Positions 28,888 through 37,446 of a stretch of 64,000 bases of DNA are shown here, one piece after another (position 1 is the stretch's first letter; every line of letters begins with the position of its first letter). Both the position numbers and the translations under genes were made by a program. The DNA comes from a virus (Duplodnaviria; Heunggongvirae; Uroviricota; Caudoviricetes): the IMG/VR virus record IMGVR_UViG_3300035210_000102, positions 28,354 through 92,353 of that record. The stretch is one strand, 5' to 3'. The notes below the pieces were generated by a model. The model had not been told where the DNA came from and did not search any database. It saw only the letters and a program-made list of their open reading frames with translations.

Positions 28888-29516
28888 CGTATGCGGTTTC
28901 CAATCCTCCATTCCTGGCAGTCCCAGCTTTGGCCGGCGGCGCCAGCGGAAGCAACAAGGGTGGCAACATCTGGGTCTACAGATCGACAGATTCGATCCCA
29001 GCCGTTGTGGCCCCTTATTACTTTTCCAATGGCGCGCTCGAGGGCATGCAAGTCAGTGACGTTGTAGTCGTCATTGACACCGCAACGCCAGCCATCGCCA
29101 TTTGCAGCGTCGTGAACGCCTCTCTTTCCCTTGGCGTTTCCGTACAGCTATCCCAGGAAGCGTCCGGACTATTCGGCCCGCTCTACGTGACCAATACGCG
29201 AGCGTCGAACGGCACCGCCGGGAACATCACGCTTACAGACGCTGACGCGGGTTGTCTGATTGTGCAAGCGTCGACTGACACATCATCTCGCACCGTAACG
29301 ATTGCCAAGGGGCTCAACGCTGGCGCGCGTGCATTTCACCTTTATTCGGAACCAAGCGCTGGCGGGCTTGTCGTGACACCGGCTGCCGGCGTTACTTTGC
29401 AAAGAGCGGACGGAACGGGCGCGGTTGCGAATGCAACATTAGCTGCCGGCAGTGACGCCACCATTATGCACGTGCGCGCTGAGATTTACAAAATAACGGG
29501 AAGCTCGCTGTCATGA
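28884..29516 (+). CDS. Ser/Thr-rich protein, paralog of ORF 34196
   Basis: Shared N-terminal motif L.VPALAGG...GN.W.YR.TD.I..V....YF..G. Confidence 0.45.
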   Translation: MTYAVSNPPFLAVPALAGGASGSNKGGNIWVYRSTDSIPAVVAPYYFSNGALEGMQVSDVVVVIDTATPAIAICSVVNASLSLGVSVQLSQEASGLFGPLYVTNTRASNGTAGNITLTDADAGCLIVQASTDTSSRTVTIAKGLNAGARAFHLYSEPSAGGLVVTPAAGVTLQRADGTGAVANATLAAGSDATIMHVRAEIYKITGSSLS

Positions 29517-31288
29517 CCGGCGTTGTGACCGCCGCCGCGGCAGGCCCATCGACAATTGGCGTCACTCTGCCCGTAACCCCCGTCTGCACCTATGTTGGCA
29601 GTGCAACCTTCCCGGCCGTAGCGACGTCATGCACATACTCGGCGGCTCCAGTAGGAACGCCAGACGCCAATCGTGTTGCGGTGGCTGTCGTCACTCTTAA
29701 CGGTGAGGGCACTGTAACCATATCGAGTGTGACCATCGGCGGCGTTGCGGCGACACAAGCAGTCTACACGCAAGGGTCGACGGTAACTCACGCCGCACAA
29801 GGCATCTATTACGCATCGCTGCCTACGGGCACAACGGCCGACGTAGTCGTCACACCGTCTGCAGCTGTCGGCTATTATGTCGGTGTCGACGTCTACACGA
29901 TCACGGGCGGCGCTGTTTCGTTCGTATCCGGCACGTCAACCACTACGCCGGGCGACCGATGGGATGCGACATACTCTGTCACGACGCCGGCGGCGGGAGT
30001 TGCGATTTTCGGCGTGGCCGGCGCGGACAACTACGCTATTGACACAAACCTTATTACATGGAGCGGCGCGACCAAAGACCTTTACACCCACCCTGGAAAT
30101 TACATGAACCGATCGGTGGCGCACCTTGCGACACCCGAGGCGCTCACCAGTTTCCCCGTCGTCGTGGACTCGACAAACAACGCCGTGAGCACTTTTGGGC
30201 ATGGGCACACGCAGGCGGTTTTTCAGGTCAATACCGGAACCTACATTGCTCGCCTTCCGCGTGCATCCGACGCTACCCGCATTTCGTTTACAACTGAAGG
30301 TTCAACCTTTGCGCCAATGATCACCACGACGGGATCGCAGCTGATTGTCTGGCAATTCAGCGACGGCAGCGTCTCCGCCATTGGTGCTCCATCAAAGAAT
30401 TTCGGGTCTTCCAGCCAGCGGAAACACACCCTGTACGTTAAGCCTTGGTCCGCGCTGACAGACATCAACGTCGGCTATGACGCTGCAGACGGCGGCACCA
30501 ATACAATTCCCTTGCTGACGCAACAAAACGTATCTGCCGTTAGCGGCCTTCAGCTTGCTAAAACGTCTTTAAAAACGTGGGCGTCAAACTACAACCCCAT
30601 TACGCAGCTCGATTTCTCCAACTTCTCTGCCATCACCGACATAGAGTGCTATGGGTGTTCGTCTCTTACATCCATAAATCTAACCGGAACATCCGCAGTG
30701 AAGCGCGTTGCTGTAGAAGGCGGCCGGTTAACATCCTTGGACCTGAGTCAGTCCCCTCTTTTGGAAGACCTTCGCGGCGCGGTGCAGACCAGCGCGTCGT
30801 ATCATATCAATTGGGGGGCGACCGGCACACACTCATGGCACGTGTGCATTCGCGATAACCCCCAGTTTACAGGCGATCTCCCATTGCCGCAATTGACGGC
30901 TGTCTCCCAGCTGTGGATTTGGGGCATGGGGCTGAGTGGCACCCTGACCCCGAATTCAAATTTCCTCACAAGCGTGCTGGCGCATTATAACAATTACACG
31001 AGTGCAAACTTTTCCGGAAGGTTTGCCGCCGGCACCAACGCTCAGCTGCAAATGGATCACAACCAGCTCACGAGCATAAACATAGACAATTGCCCGGGCC
31101 TGAGCTGGGTTATTCTTCAGAATAACAACTTTAACCAAGCGGCCGTCGACTACATTCTAGCGACGCTGGACTCATACAACACAAATAATGGCACGCTTAA
31201 TATTGCAGTTAACTCCGTGCCATCCGCAACAGGCATAACCCACGCGAACAATCTAACCGCAAGGGGTTGGACTATTACCCGCGACTAA
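29513..31288 (+). CDS. virion-associated protein with C-terminal leucine-rich-repeat (LRR) domain
   Basis: The C-terminal ~250 aa show LxxLxLxxNxLT periodicity (LTSINLTG..., LTSLDLSQSPLLEDL, LTSINIDNCPGLSWVILQNNNF). The N-terminus is S/T-rich, like ORF 26024. Confidence 0.5.
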   Translation: MTGVVTAAAAGPSTIGVTLPVTPVCTYVGSATFPAVATSCTYSAAPVGTPDANRVAVAVVTLNGEGTVTISSVTIGGVAATQAVYTQGSTVTHAAQGIYYASLPTGTTADVVVTPSAAVGYYVGVDVYTITGGAVSFVSGTSTTTPGDRWDATYSVTTPAAGVAIFGVAGADNYAIDTNLITWSGATKDLYTHPGNYMNRSVAHLATPEALTSFPVVVDSTNNAVSTFGHGHTQAVFQVNTGTYIARLPRASDATRISFTTEGSTFAPMITTTGSQLIVWQFSDGSVSAIGAPSKNFGSSSQRKHTLYVKPWSALTDINVGYDAADGGTNTIPLLTQQNVSAVSGLQLAKTSLKTWASNYNPITQLDFSNFSAITDIECYGCSSLTSINLTGTSAVKRVAVEGGRLTSLDLSQSPLLEDLRGAVQTSASYHINWGATGTHSWHVCIRDNPQFTGDLPLPQLTAVSQLWIWGMGLSGTLTPNSNFLTSVLAHYNNYTSANFSGRFAAGTNAQLQMDHNQLTSINIDNCPGLSWVILQNNNFNQAAVDYILATLDSYNTNNGTLNIAVNSVPSATGITHANNLTARGWTITRD

Positions 31289-31300
31289 ATCGGAGTTTTT

Positions 31301-31651
31301 GTGACACAGCAGACTTTCTGGCGGCCCAAACAGCACCCTTGGCTTCCGCCCGACCACGATCAAGGAGTGGTCTATGCCTATCGTGCACTGGTTGAAGGCG
31401 TAGCGAATGCCGGGCAGCAAAAGCTGTTCGTCGAATACCTCAAATACATAACAGACCAGGATGTTCTTTCGTATCGCCCTGGCTCCGACCGCGACAGCGC
31501 CTTCGCGGAGGGTAAGCGGTTTGTCGGCCTCGAACTGGCCAAGCTGCTACATCCACTGATGACACCACCAAGCAAATCGCGGGCAAGGCCACTCGCACTC
31601 GCACAAGAGCGTTTGCGCGCCAAGTACCAAAGGGAAACCCCAAATGAGTAA
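31301..31651 (+). CDS. hypothetical protein
   Basis: 116-aa ORF. Confidence 0.3.
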   Translation: MTQQTFWRPKQHPWLPPDHDQGVVYAYRALVEGVANAGQQKLFVEYLKYITDQDVLSYRPGSDRDSAFAEGKRFVGLELAKLLHPLMTPPSKSRARPLALAQERLRAKYQRETPNE

Positions 31652-31919
31652 ATCAAAAGAAACGGCGAAGCCCACCAAAGATGGCGGGCATGACGACTAT
31701 CAGGCCCACTCCGACCTCCATACCATGATCGAGCACGCTAAAATTCACAAAGACCCAAAGCGGAAGAAAGCCGCAATGGCAAAACATGCGGAGATGTTGG
31801 CCGCACTGCAGGCCGTCGCCGCTCAAGCCCAGCAACCCCAACAACAACAAATGCCACCCGAAGGCGCAGCGCCCCCGGTTGCCCCGGCTGGCCCAACCGC
31901 TAATGGTGGAGCTTACTAA
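31644..31919 (+). CDS. hypothetical protein
   Basis: 91-aa basic/Q-rich ORF overlapping the previous stop. Confidence 0.3.
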   Translation: MSKSKETAKPTKDGGHDDYQAHSDLHTMIEHAKIHKDPKRKKAAMAKHAEMLAALQAVAAQAQQPQQQQMPPEGAAPPVAPAGPTANGGAY

Positions 31920-31921
31920 GC

Positions 31922-33079
31922 ATGGCCGATGCCGAAGATTTCTCGCTGGATGACCTGACCCTCCTTAATGAAGGAACGCCCGACAACCCAAAGCCGGACA
32001 CGCCGGCCGAGGACAAGCCCGCCGACCCAGCGCCCTCCCAAGAGCAAAAGGAAGATGCACCGGCTGCCGAAGACAAACCCGCTGCGCAAGATGCCAAACC
32101 GGCCGCGAAACCGAGGTCCACATCGATCTTGGATGACGCCGATGGCGAGGACGCGCCGGCCGAGGGAAAAGCGGACGAAAAGCCCGGCGACAAGCCCGTT
32201 ACTGCCGACGAAGACCCCAAATGGCGCGAAGCTTTTGCGGACAAGCTTCTCGAGCGGCTGAAAGACAAACTTCCGGCCGACAAGTTGGAGGGACGGCGAA
32301 AGGCTATCTTGAACCAGCTCGGCCGCTATCGCAGCAGCTTCGACTACATGGTGAGCGGCTTCTCTGCACAGGAACGTATCCGCGCTGGCGATCTCCGCTC
32401 TCAGTTGCCGGCCGACGCCAGCGATGACGAAAAGGCGGCGTGGCGCGAAGAGAACGGCCTGCCGGCCGCCCCCAAAGACTACGACTTCCCCAAGGTTGCC
32501 GGGCACAAGTGGACCGACGCCGACGCGCCCTACATCGACAGCTTCAAAGAACTGGCCTATGCGGAGAACATGTCGCAAAGCCAGCTGAATAAAGCTGCCG
32601 CTTGGTACGCCGACACGATCGCAAAACAGCAAGCCGCATATTGGGAAACCGCCCAGGTGACCGACGCCGAGGACGGCGACAAAATGCGTGAGATACTGCG
32701 CGCCGAGCTTGGGCCAGCTGACTACAAGCCCACCGCCGCGCTCGTGCGCCGTTTTCTCGAAGACCCGGCTATGATGGGCGAGTCCGCGCGGACGGCATTC
32801 ACGCAGGCGCGCTGGACCGACGCCAATGGCGTCTCGCACAAACTGATCAATGACCCGGACGTGCTGCGCATCATTATCGATGCAGCCAGAAACACCTACG
32901 GCGATGCCAGCTTCATTCGAGGTGACGCGCGAACCCAGTCGCAAAACGACATCGAAGAGGGCGAGCGGCTCATGAACACGAACATCGACGAGTATTGGCG
33001 GGGCGGCTGGGACAAGAAAATTGCGGACGCCCGCGAGGCTCTGGAAGCCCAATCACGCGGCCGACGCAGAGCCGCATAA
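31922..33079 (+). CDS. scaffolding-like protein (acidic, helical)
   Basis: Very acidic, Pro/Ala/Lys-rich N-terminus. Sits immediately upstream of the capsid gene. Confidence 0.4.
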   Translation: MADAEDFSLDDLTLLNEGTPDNPKPDTPAEDKPADPAPSQEQKEDAPAAEDKPAAQDAKPAAKPRSTSILDDADGEDAPAEGKADEKPGDKPVTADEDPKWREAFADKLLERLKDKLPADKLEGRRKAILNQLGRYRSSFDYMVSGFSAQERIRAGDLRSQLPADASDDEKAAWREENGLPAAPKDYDFPKVAGHKWTDADAPYIDSFKELAYAENMSQSQLNKAAAWYADTIAKQQAAYWETAQVTDAEDGDKMREILRAELGPADYKPTAALVRRFLEDPAMMGESARTAFTQARWTDANGVSHKLINDPDVLRIIIDAARNTYGDASFIRGDARTQSQNDIEEGERLMNTNIDEYWRGGWDKKIADAREALEAQSRGRRRAA

Positions 33080-33343
33080 TACATGTATTCCTAGATTTAA
33101 TTAGTGGCTGTGAGATTTAATTCACGGCCACCCTTAGTCCCTTTTCCAAAAGTGACAGTCGACGCGCCCGGCCACCCTGCTTTGCAGCCCCGCACACGCA
33201 ACGACACAAACTACCAGCCAACAAGTAGCGCCCCTGAACACGCGCAAGCGGCCCCGTAAGGATACCCCGCAACGTGCGCCATTACGGCCACCCTCTACTC
33301 ACGGCTCGAAAGCAACCCATCGTTCCCCTCTAGTATTGGAGAA
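33080..33343 (+). promoter_or_regulatory. AT-rich intergenic region with direct repeats (candidate late promoter for capsid gene)
   Basis: The locally AT-rich stretch contains agatttaatt twice. A strong ggag RBS precedes the capsid ATG. Confidence 0.25.
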
Positions 33344-34183
33344 TTGACCATGGCTGACTCAGCCTTCGTCACCCAGTACCGCAAGGAACACATTGCAGCG
33401 TTCGAGCAGACTTATTCTCTCCTGCGCGCGACGTGTGTTCGCGAAGCGGTTATAAAGGGCAATCAGGCAGTATTCCTGGTAGCCGGCTCTGGCGGTATGG
33501 CCGCCACATCTCGCGGCGTCAATGGATACATTCCATTCGCGACCGTTAGCAACGTGCAAAGCACAGTAACGCTTACCGAATTCCATTCGGCATTTGAGCG
33601 CACTGGCTTCAATATTTTTGCGTCTCAGGGTGATCAGAAAAAGATCATGCAATCGGCTTCGGTTGCAGTCCTGAACCGAAATATTGATGCTGTGATTACC
33701 GCACAGCTCGACACGGCCACCACAACCACAGGCACTGCCACCACGGCTAATTTGCCTATGGTTATCCACGCACGTAGTATCCTCGGCAACAACGCCGTCC
33801 CGCTTTGGGAAGAGGATAATATGTTTGCGATCATCACACCGGCGTTTGAAGGTTATCTCATGCAGGCCACAGAATTCGCTTCTGCGGACTATGTAGAGGT
33901 TAAACCTTTTGCTGGTCCCGCAAAGCAAATGCGGCGCTGGATGGGCGTAAATTGGTTCGTGCATCCCAACCTCACCGGAAAGTCGACTACAAGTGAGAAA
34001 TGTTACATGTACCACAAGAACTCTATTGGCCATGCTGCAAACAGCACGGAAATGGACGTAAAGGTGGACTATGAAGCAAAACAGGACTTGTCCTGGTCTC
34101 GCGCTAGTCTTTTCCATGGCTCGCTGTTGCTGCAACAGACTGGTATTGTCCAGATGCTGCACGATGGCTCGGCTTACGCATAG
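33344..34183 (+). CDS. major capsid protein (candidate)
   Basis: Strong RBS, a 264-bp upstream leader and two rho-independent terminators downstream. The size and position are typical of a highly expressed coat gene. Confidence 0.5.
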   Translation: MTMADSAFVTQYRKEHIAAFEQTYSLLRATCVREAVIKGNQAVFLVAGSGGMAATSRGVNGYIPFATVSNVQSTVTLTEFHSAFERTGFNIFASQGDQKKIMQSASVAVLNRNIDAVITAQLDTATTTTGTATTANLPMVIHARSILGNNAVPLWEEDNMFAIITPAFEGYLMQATEFASADYVEVKPFAGPAKQMRRWMGVNWFVHPNLTGKSTTSEKCYMYHKNSIGHAANSTEMDVKVDYEAKQDLSWSRASLFHGSLLLQQTGIVQMLHDGSAYA

Positions 34184-34195
34184 GAGGGCTAGACT

Positions 34196-34510
34196 ATGGC
34201 TACTTGGCTGACTACCGGCTCTACAACGCCCCACCTCTTGGTGCCGGCGCTTGCGGGCGGCTTCACACCCGGTTCCACTCTCGACTTCATCGGGACTGGC
34301 GGCAACGTGTGGGCATATCGCACAACCGACACCATCACGCAGATTGTTGGTTCGCAGTATTTCACGGACGGCTTCCGCCGTGGCATGCGCAAATACGACC
34401 TTGTGTCGCTTCTGGACGTGACCACACCACGCGCGACTTGGAGCTATGTCTCCGCGCTGTCGACTGTGTCGACTGGCGGCGCGACGGTTACGCTTTTCTC
34501 GAGCACATAA
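34196..34510 (+). CDS. small Ser/Thr-rich protein, paralog of ORF 28884 (possible decoration protein)
   Basis: LLVPALAGG..G.NVWAYRTTDTI motif. Lies directly after the capsid gene and before a terminator. Confidence 0.45.
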   Translation: MATWLTTGSTTPHLLVPALAGGFTPGSTLDFIGTGGNVWAYRTTDTITQIVGSQYFTDGFRRGMRKYDLVSLLDVTTPRATWSYVSALSTVSTGGATVTLFSST

Positions 34511-34517
34511 CCTTAGA

Positions 34518-34542
34518 GGGCGGCTTCGGCCGCCCTTTTTCT
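34518..34542 (+). terminator. rho-independent terminator
   Basis: gggcggcttcggccgccc hairpin followed by T5. Confidence 0.6.
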
Positions 34543-34748
34543 CGTATTCATTTGGAAATTTTTTGGAAAACCGCTGTTTCAGCAAACGCTGAAATTCACT
34601 GTGCAGTGAAAATGGGCCTTCCAGCGAATAACCGCCAAAGGGGCCGGTTGCAAAACCCCCCTGGCGGCCATCTTCCTGTAGCTTGTGGCACTAGACCCAG
34701 GACGCTACGCAGCTTGCATAGAACACCCCCTCACGTCAACGCCTTTCC

Positions 34749-34771
34749 AGCCGCAATCAGCGGCTTTTTTT
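34749..34771 (+). terminator. rho-independent terminator
   Basis: agccgcaatcagcggct hairpin followed by T7. Confidence 0.6.
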
Positions 34772-34789
34772 ACGCCCCCAAGGAGCAAC

Positions 34790-35419
34790 ATGACCAAGCA
34801 TCTCCGCCACAATGCCTTCCAGAATAATGCCGCAAACAGAGACGGCTTGGAGACACAGGAATACCTGACAGTCCTCGGCGAAACCGAAACTTTCGAAGAC
34901 CTTTTCGACCCCAGTTTCTGGCGGCACCACGCGACAGGTCGGCTTAAAGACCTGGACGTGCTTCGCGTGCGAGCCGCCGACGGTTCGTTCGATGTGTTTG
35001 TCACCGTCGAGCGCATCATTCCTGGCGGCGCCGAAATTCACGTTTTGTCCGGCCGCCTGCCGGCCAAATATCACGGCATGCACAGCTTCGAAATTCGCGA
35101 GCTCCTGACAAAGGATGAGGCGGATTTCGAAATCGTCAAAATGAACCAGGACGGTCGGGCCGTTCCACGGGTCGAGCAGCTGGCCACAGGTTGGCGCGTC
35201 GTCGGCAACGACAATGAAGTTGTCGACAAGGATATGAAATCCAAAACGCTCGCCGACAATCGCCTCGAGCGGTATTTGCGCGACCTGATGTTGCGCATGC
35301 CGACGCCGGCTGAAGCCGCCGCGCACAAGTCGGCGATCGAAGCGCGCGAAGCAGAACAGCTCGCCGCCATTGCACGAAAATCCGCAACACCCGGCCGCCG
35401 CCAGCAAGCGGCTGCCTAA
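34790..35419 (+). CDS. hypothetical virion protein
   Basis: Start at MTKHL after an aaggag RBS. The supplied ORF opens earlier, at 34685. Confidence 0.4.
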   Translation: MTKHLRHNAFQNNAANRDGLETQEYLTVLGETETFEDLFDPSFWRHHATGRLKDLDVLRVRAADGSFDVFVTVERIIPGGAEIHVLSGRLPAKYHGMHSFEIRELLTKDEADFEIVKMNQDGRAVPRVEQLATGWRVVGNDNEVVDKDMKSKTLADNRLERYLRDLMLRMPTPAEAAAHKSAIEAREAEQLAAIARKSATPGRRQQAAA

Positions 35420-35437
35420 TTATTCCGAGGGGCGCAC

Positions 35438-36079
35438 ATGGCCGATAAACTCGACATATTCAGTCGCACGCTTGTAAAGTGCGGCCAGCGCCCTTTGCTT
35501 TCGCTCAGTGACGCCCGCCCAGAACAGCGCGCTATCGATCGCGTCTACGATTCCGCAGTTGAGAAACTCATTGAAGGCGCTTTGTGGAAGTTTGCCGCGC
35601 GCACAGATGAGCTTCAACCCTCCGCTACGGTGACATCCAACTTTGGCTACCAGTACGTGTACGAGCAGCCCGAGGACTATGTTCGCATTATCCGCATCTG
35701 CGACAACGAACGCCTTCGCCCGACGCTTCGCGACTTCATGCTCGAGGGCGAGTTCATCTACGCGGACTGCAACCCACTATATTTGCAATACGTTTCGGAT
35801 GACCCGAGGCACGGCTACGATGTTGGCAAATGGACGCCATCATTCACTGATGCGCTGGTCGACGAACTCGTTGTTCGGACAGCCCCGTTTCTGATGAATG
35901 CCGATGTGCAGAAAATCGAACAGCTCGAGAAACAGGCGAAGCGCAGCTTTTATGTGGCGAAAGGAAGGGATGCGGTCAATCAGCCGGAGTGCTGGACGCC
36001 CCCCGGCCGGCTCGTTCGTGCCCGTTCTGGCGGCACACGCATCAACAATATGCGCGCTTCGGGCTACCCGTATTATTAA
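35438..36079 (+). CDS. hypothetical virion protein (possible head-tail adaptor/tubular protein A-like by size and position)
   Basis: 213-aa ORF after the capsid block. The call rests only on position and size. Confidence 0.3.
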   Translation: MADKLDIFSRTLVKCGQRPLLSLSDARPEQRAIDRVYDSAVEKLIEGALWKFAARTDELQPSATVTSNFGYQYVYEQPEDYVRIIRICDNERLRPTLRDFMLEGEFIYADCNPLYLQYVSDDPRHGYDVGKWTPSFTDALVDELVVRTAPFLMNADVQKIEQLEKQAKRSFYVAKGRDAVNQPECWTPPGRLVRARSGGTRINNMRASGYPYY

Positions 36080-37011
36080 GGCCGCAAGTGCTGATCGACG
36101 TTCATAAAAGGCATGACGCTGGACAGCATTGACTTCGGCAGCTCGCCATTCCAGCGATCGGCTTTTTTGTATTCCACGTAGGTTGGATTTGTTGAGATGG
36201 CCTTGCCTTGCGCTTCGATGGCTTTCGCTTCCGCCTCGCCTTTCAGCTGAATGCCTTTCGCGGTCGCCTCGGCTTGCAATAGCGTAGCGTCGGCCGACCC
36301 CCTTGCCTTCTCGCGTGCTGCGTTGGCCTCACCTTCCGCGGCGATCTTCACCATCTGGGCCGTCTTCTCGGCTTGCTGGCGTTGATATTCAACGGCTTCG
36401 ATGTTGGCTTTTTGTACCGCCGCATTGCCAACTGCGTTCCGGAACGACTCTTTGTATTGCAAGTCGGTGAGCTGGAAATCCACGACCTCCACGCCGAGAT
36501 GCACGGCGTCCGTCTTCAAGGTGGAAAAGATGGCATCACGAATGGAACCACGATCGCCGGCAATCTTCTGCGCGTTGGCATGCCCAAACGCCGTTTTCAC
36601 GCGGTCATTTGAAAGAGATGCCAGCCGCGACTCATAGTCCTGCACGTGTTCGAACAAATATAGCAGCCGGTCCTTTGGCAGGACGTAAAACACGGTGTAG
36701 GAAATGTCGACTTCCTGATTATCGACCGTGTAGGTGTTGGCATGCTTTGTCGGCACGAGCTCGAGAATGTCCGTGCGGTACGTATTGGCCGTCTCCACCC
36801 ATGGTAGTTTGAAGTTCAAGCCCGGGCCCGCAAGGCGTACCGCCTTACCGAATTGCGTCACGACGGCCACTTGGTTCTGCTGCACCGAAAAGTAGGCCAG
36901 TAGCCCCGTAATGATCACGAGGGCTGCGATAGCAACCCCCACAATGAGTTTGATGCGGCCCCTTCCAGGCGCCGGCTTGTGCGGGTTTCTGTAATCTGCT
37001 TCGAGTGTCAT
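36076..37011 (-). CDS. SPFH/band-7 (stomatin/prohibitin/HflC-like) membrane protein
   Basis: N-terminal TM segment, SPFH core (VVTQFGK...LPWVE...VDNQEVDISYTVFY) and a C-terminal coiled coil AEGEANAAREKARG. Confidence 0.7.
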   Translation of the reverse strand: MTLEADYRNPHKPAPGRGRIKLIVGVAIAALVIITGLLAYFSVQQNQVAVVTQFGKAVRLAGPGLNFKLPWVETANTYRTDILELVPTKHANTYTVDNQEVDISYTVFYVLPKDRLLYLFEHVQDYESRLASLSNDRVKTAFGHANAQKIAGDRGSIRDAIFSTLKTDAVHLGVEVVDFQLTDLQYKESFRNAVGNAAVQKANIEAVEYQRQQAEKTAQMVKIAAEGEANAAREKARGSADATLLQAEATAKGIQLKGEAEAKAIEAQGKAISTNPTYVEYKKADRWNGELPKSMLSSVMPFMNVDQHLRP

Positions 37012-37015
37012 TGGC

Positions 37016-37336
37016 TCACCAGTAGTAGACGTGCGGTTTCTTTGAAAGAGGCCAGCAAACCCCCTCGGGATCGTCTTGGCCGGTTAAAATGCGATGTTCC
37101 AGCCGCGCCTCGGCCGCTCGCCTTCTGCGCGAATGGTAGATGATGTCGTGCCATCGTGGGTATGCCCACCAATGGCAACGCCCAGAGCCCGCCGGCCAGT
37201 AATCGATCTCCGGATCGCGCTCGGTCCAGTGCGGCACGCGAACGGGCTTCAACCCAAGTCTCCCCCTTCTGAATGTTTCGCCGCTGCGGCGGCCCTTCCC
37301 CTGATAACGGCACTTGCCGCGCTTGTAATGTGACAT
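37016..37336 (-). CDS. hypothetical Arg/Trp/His-rich protein upstream of SPFH gene
   Basis: Co-oriented with and abutting the SPFH gene. No motif recognised, and it is not obviously NfeD-like. Confidence 0.3.
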   Translation of the reverse strand: MSHYKRGKCRYQGKGRRSGETFRRGRLGLKPVRVPHWTERDPEIDYWPAGSGRCHWWAYPRWHDIIYHSRRRRAAEARLEHRILTGQDDPEGVCWPLSKKPHVYYW

Positions 37337-37446
37337 GGCGTAACTCCGCTCGAGTGTCGGTGACTACGTCATGTTTTCCCCCTCTCGATTCCGGCCAGTA
37401 CGCGCGTTGCATTATAGCGCTACGCAGCCTGCAAAGGAATTAACGC

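Noticed and set aside
33359-34585. 408-aa minus-strand ORF, plus other long antisense ORFs (e.g. 31916-33052, 14121-14972, 48617-49516, 49628-50707, 2579-3364).
   Set aside because: They lie antisense to well-supported + strand genes (capsid, scaffold, NeuB, giant ORF). They have Arg/Gly/Ala-biased composition typical of spurious ORFs in GC-rich DNA. They lack RBSs and motifs.
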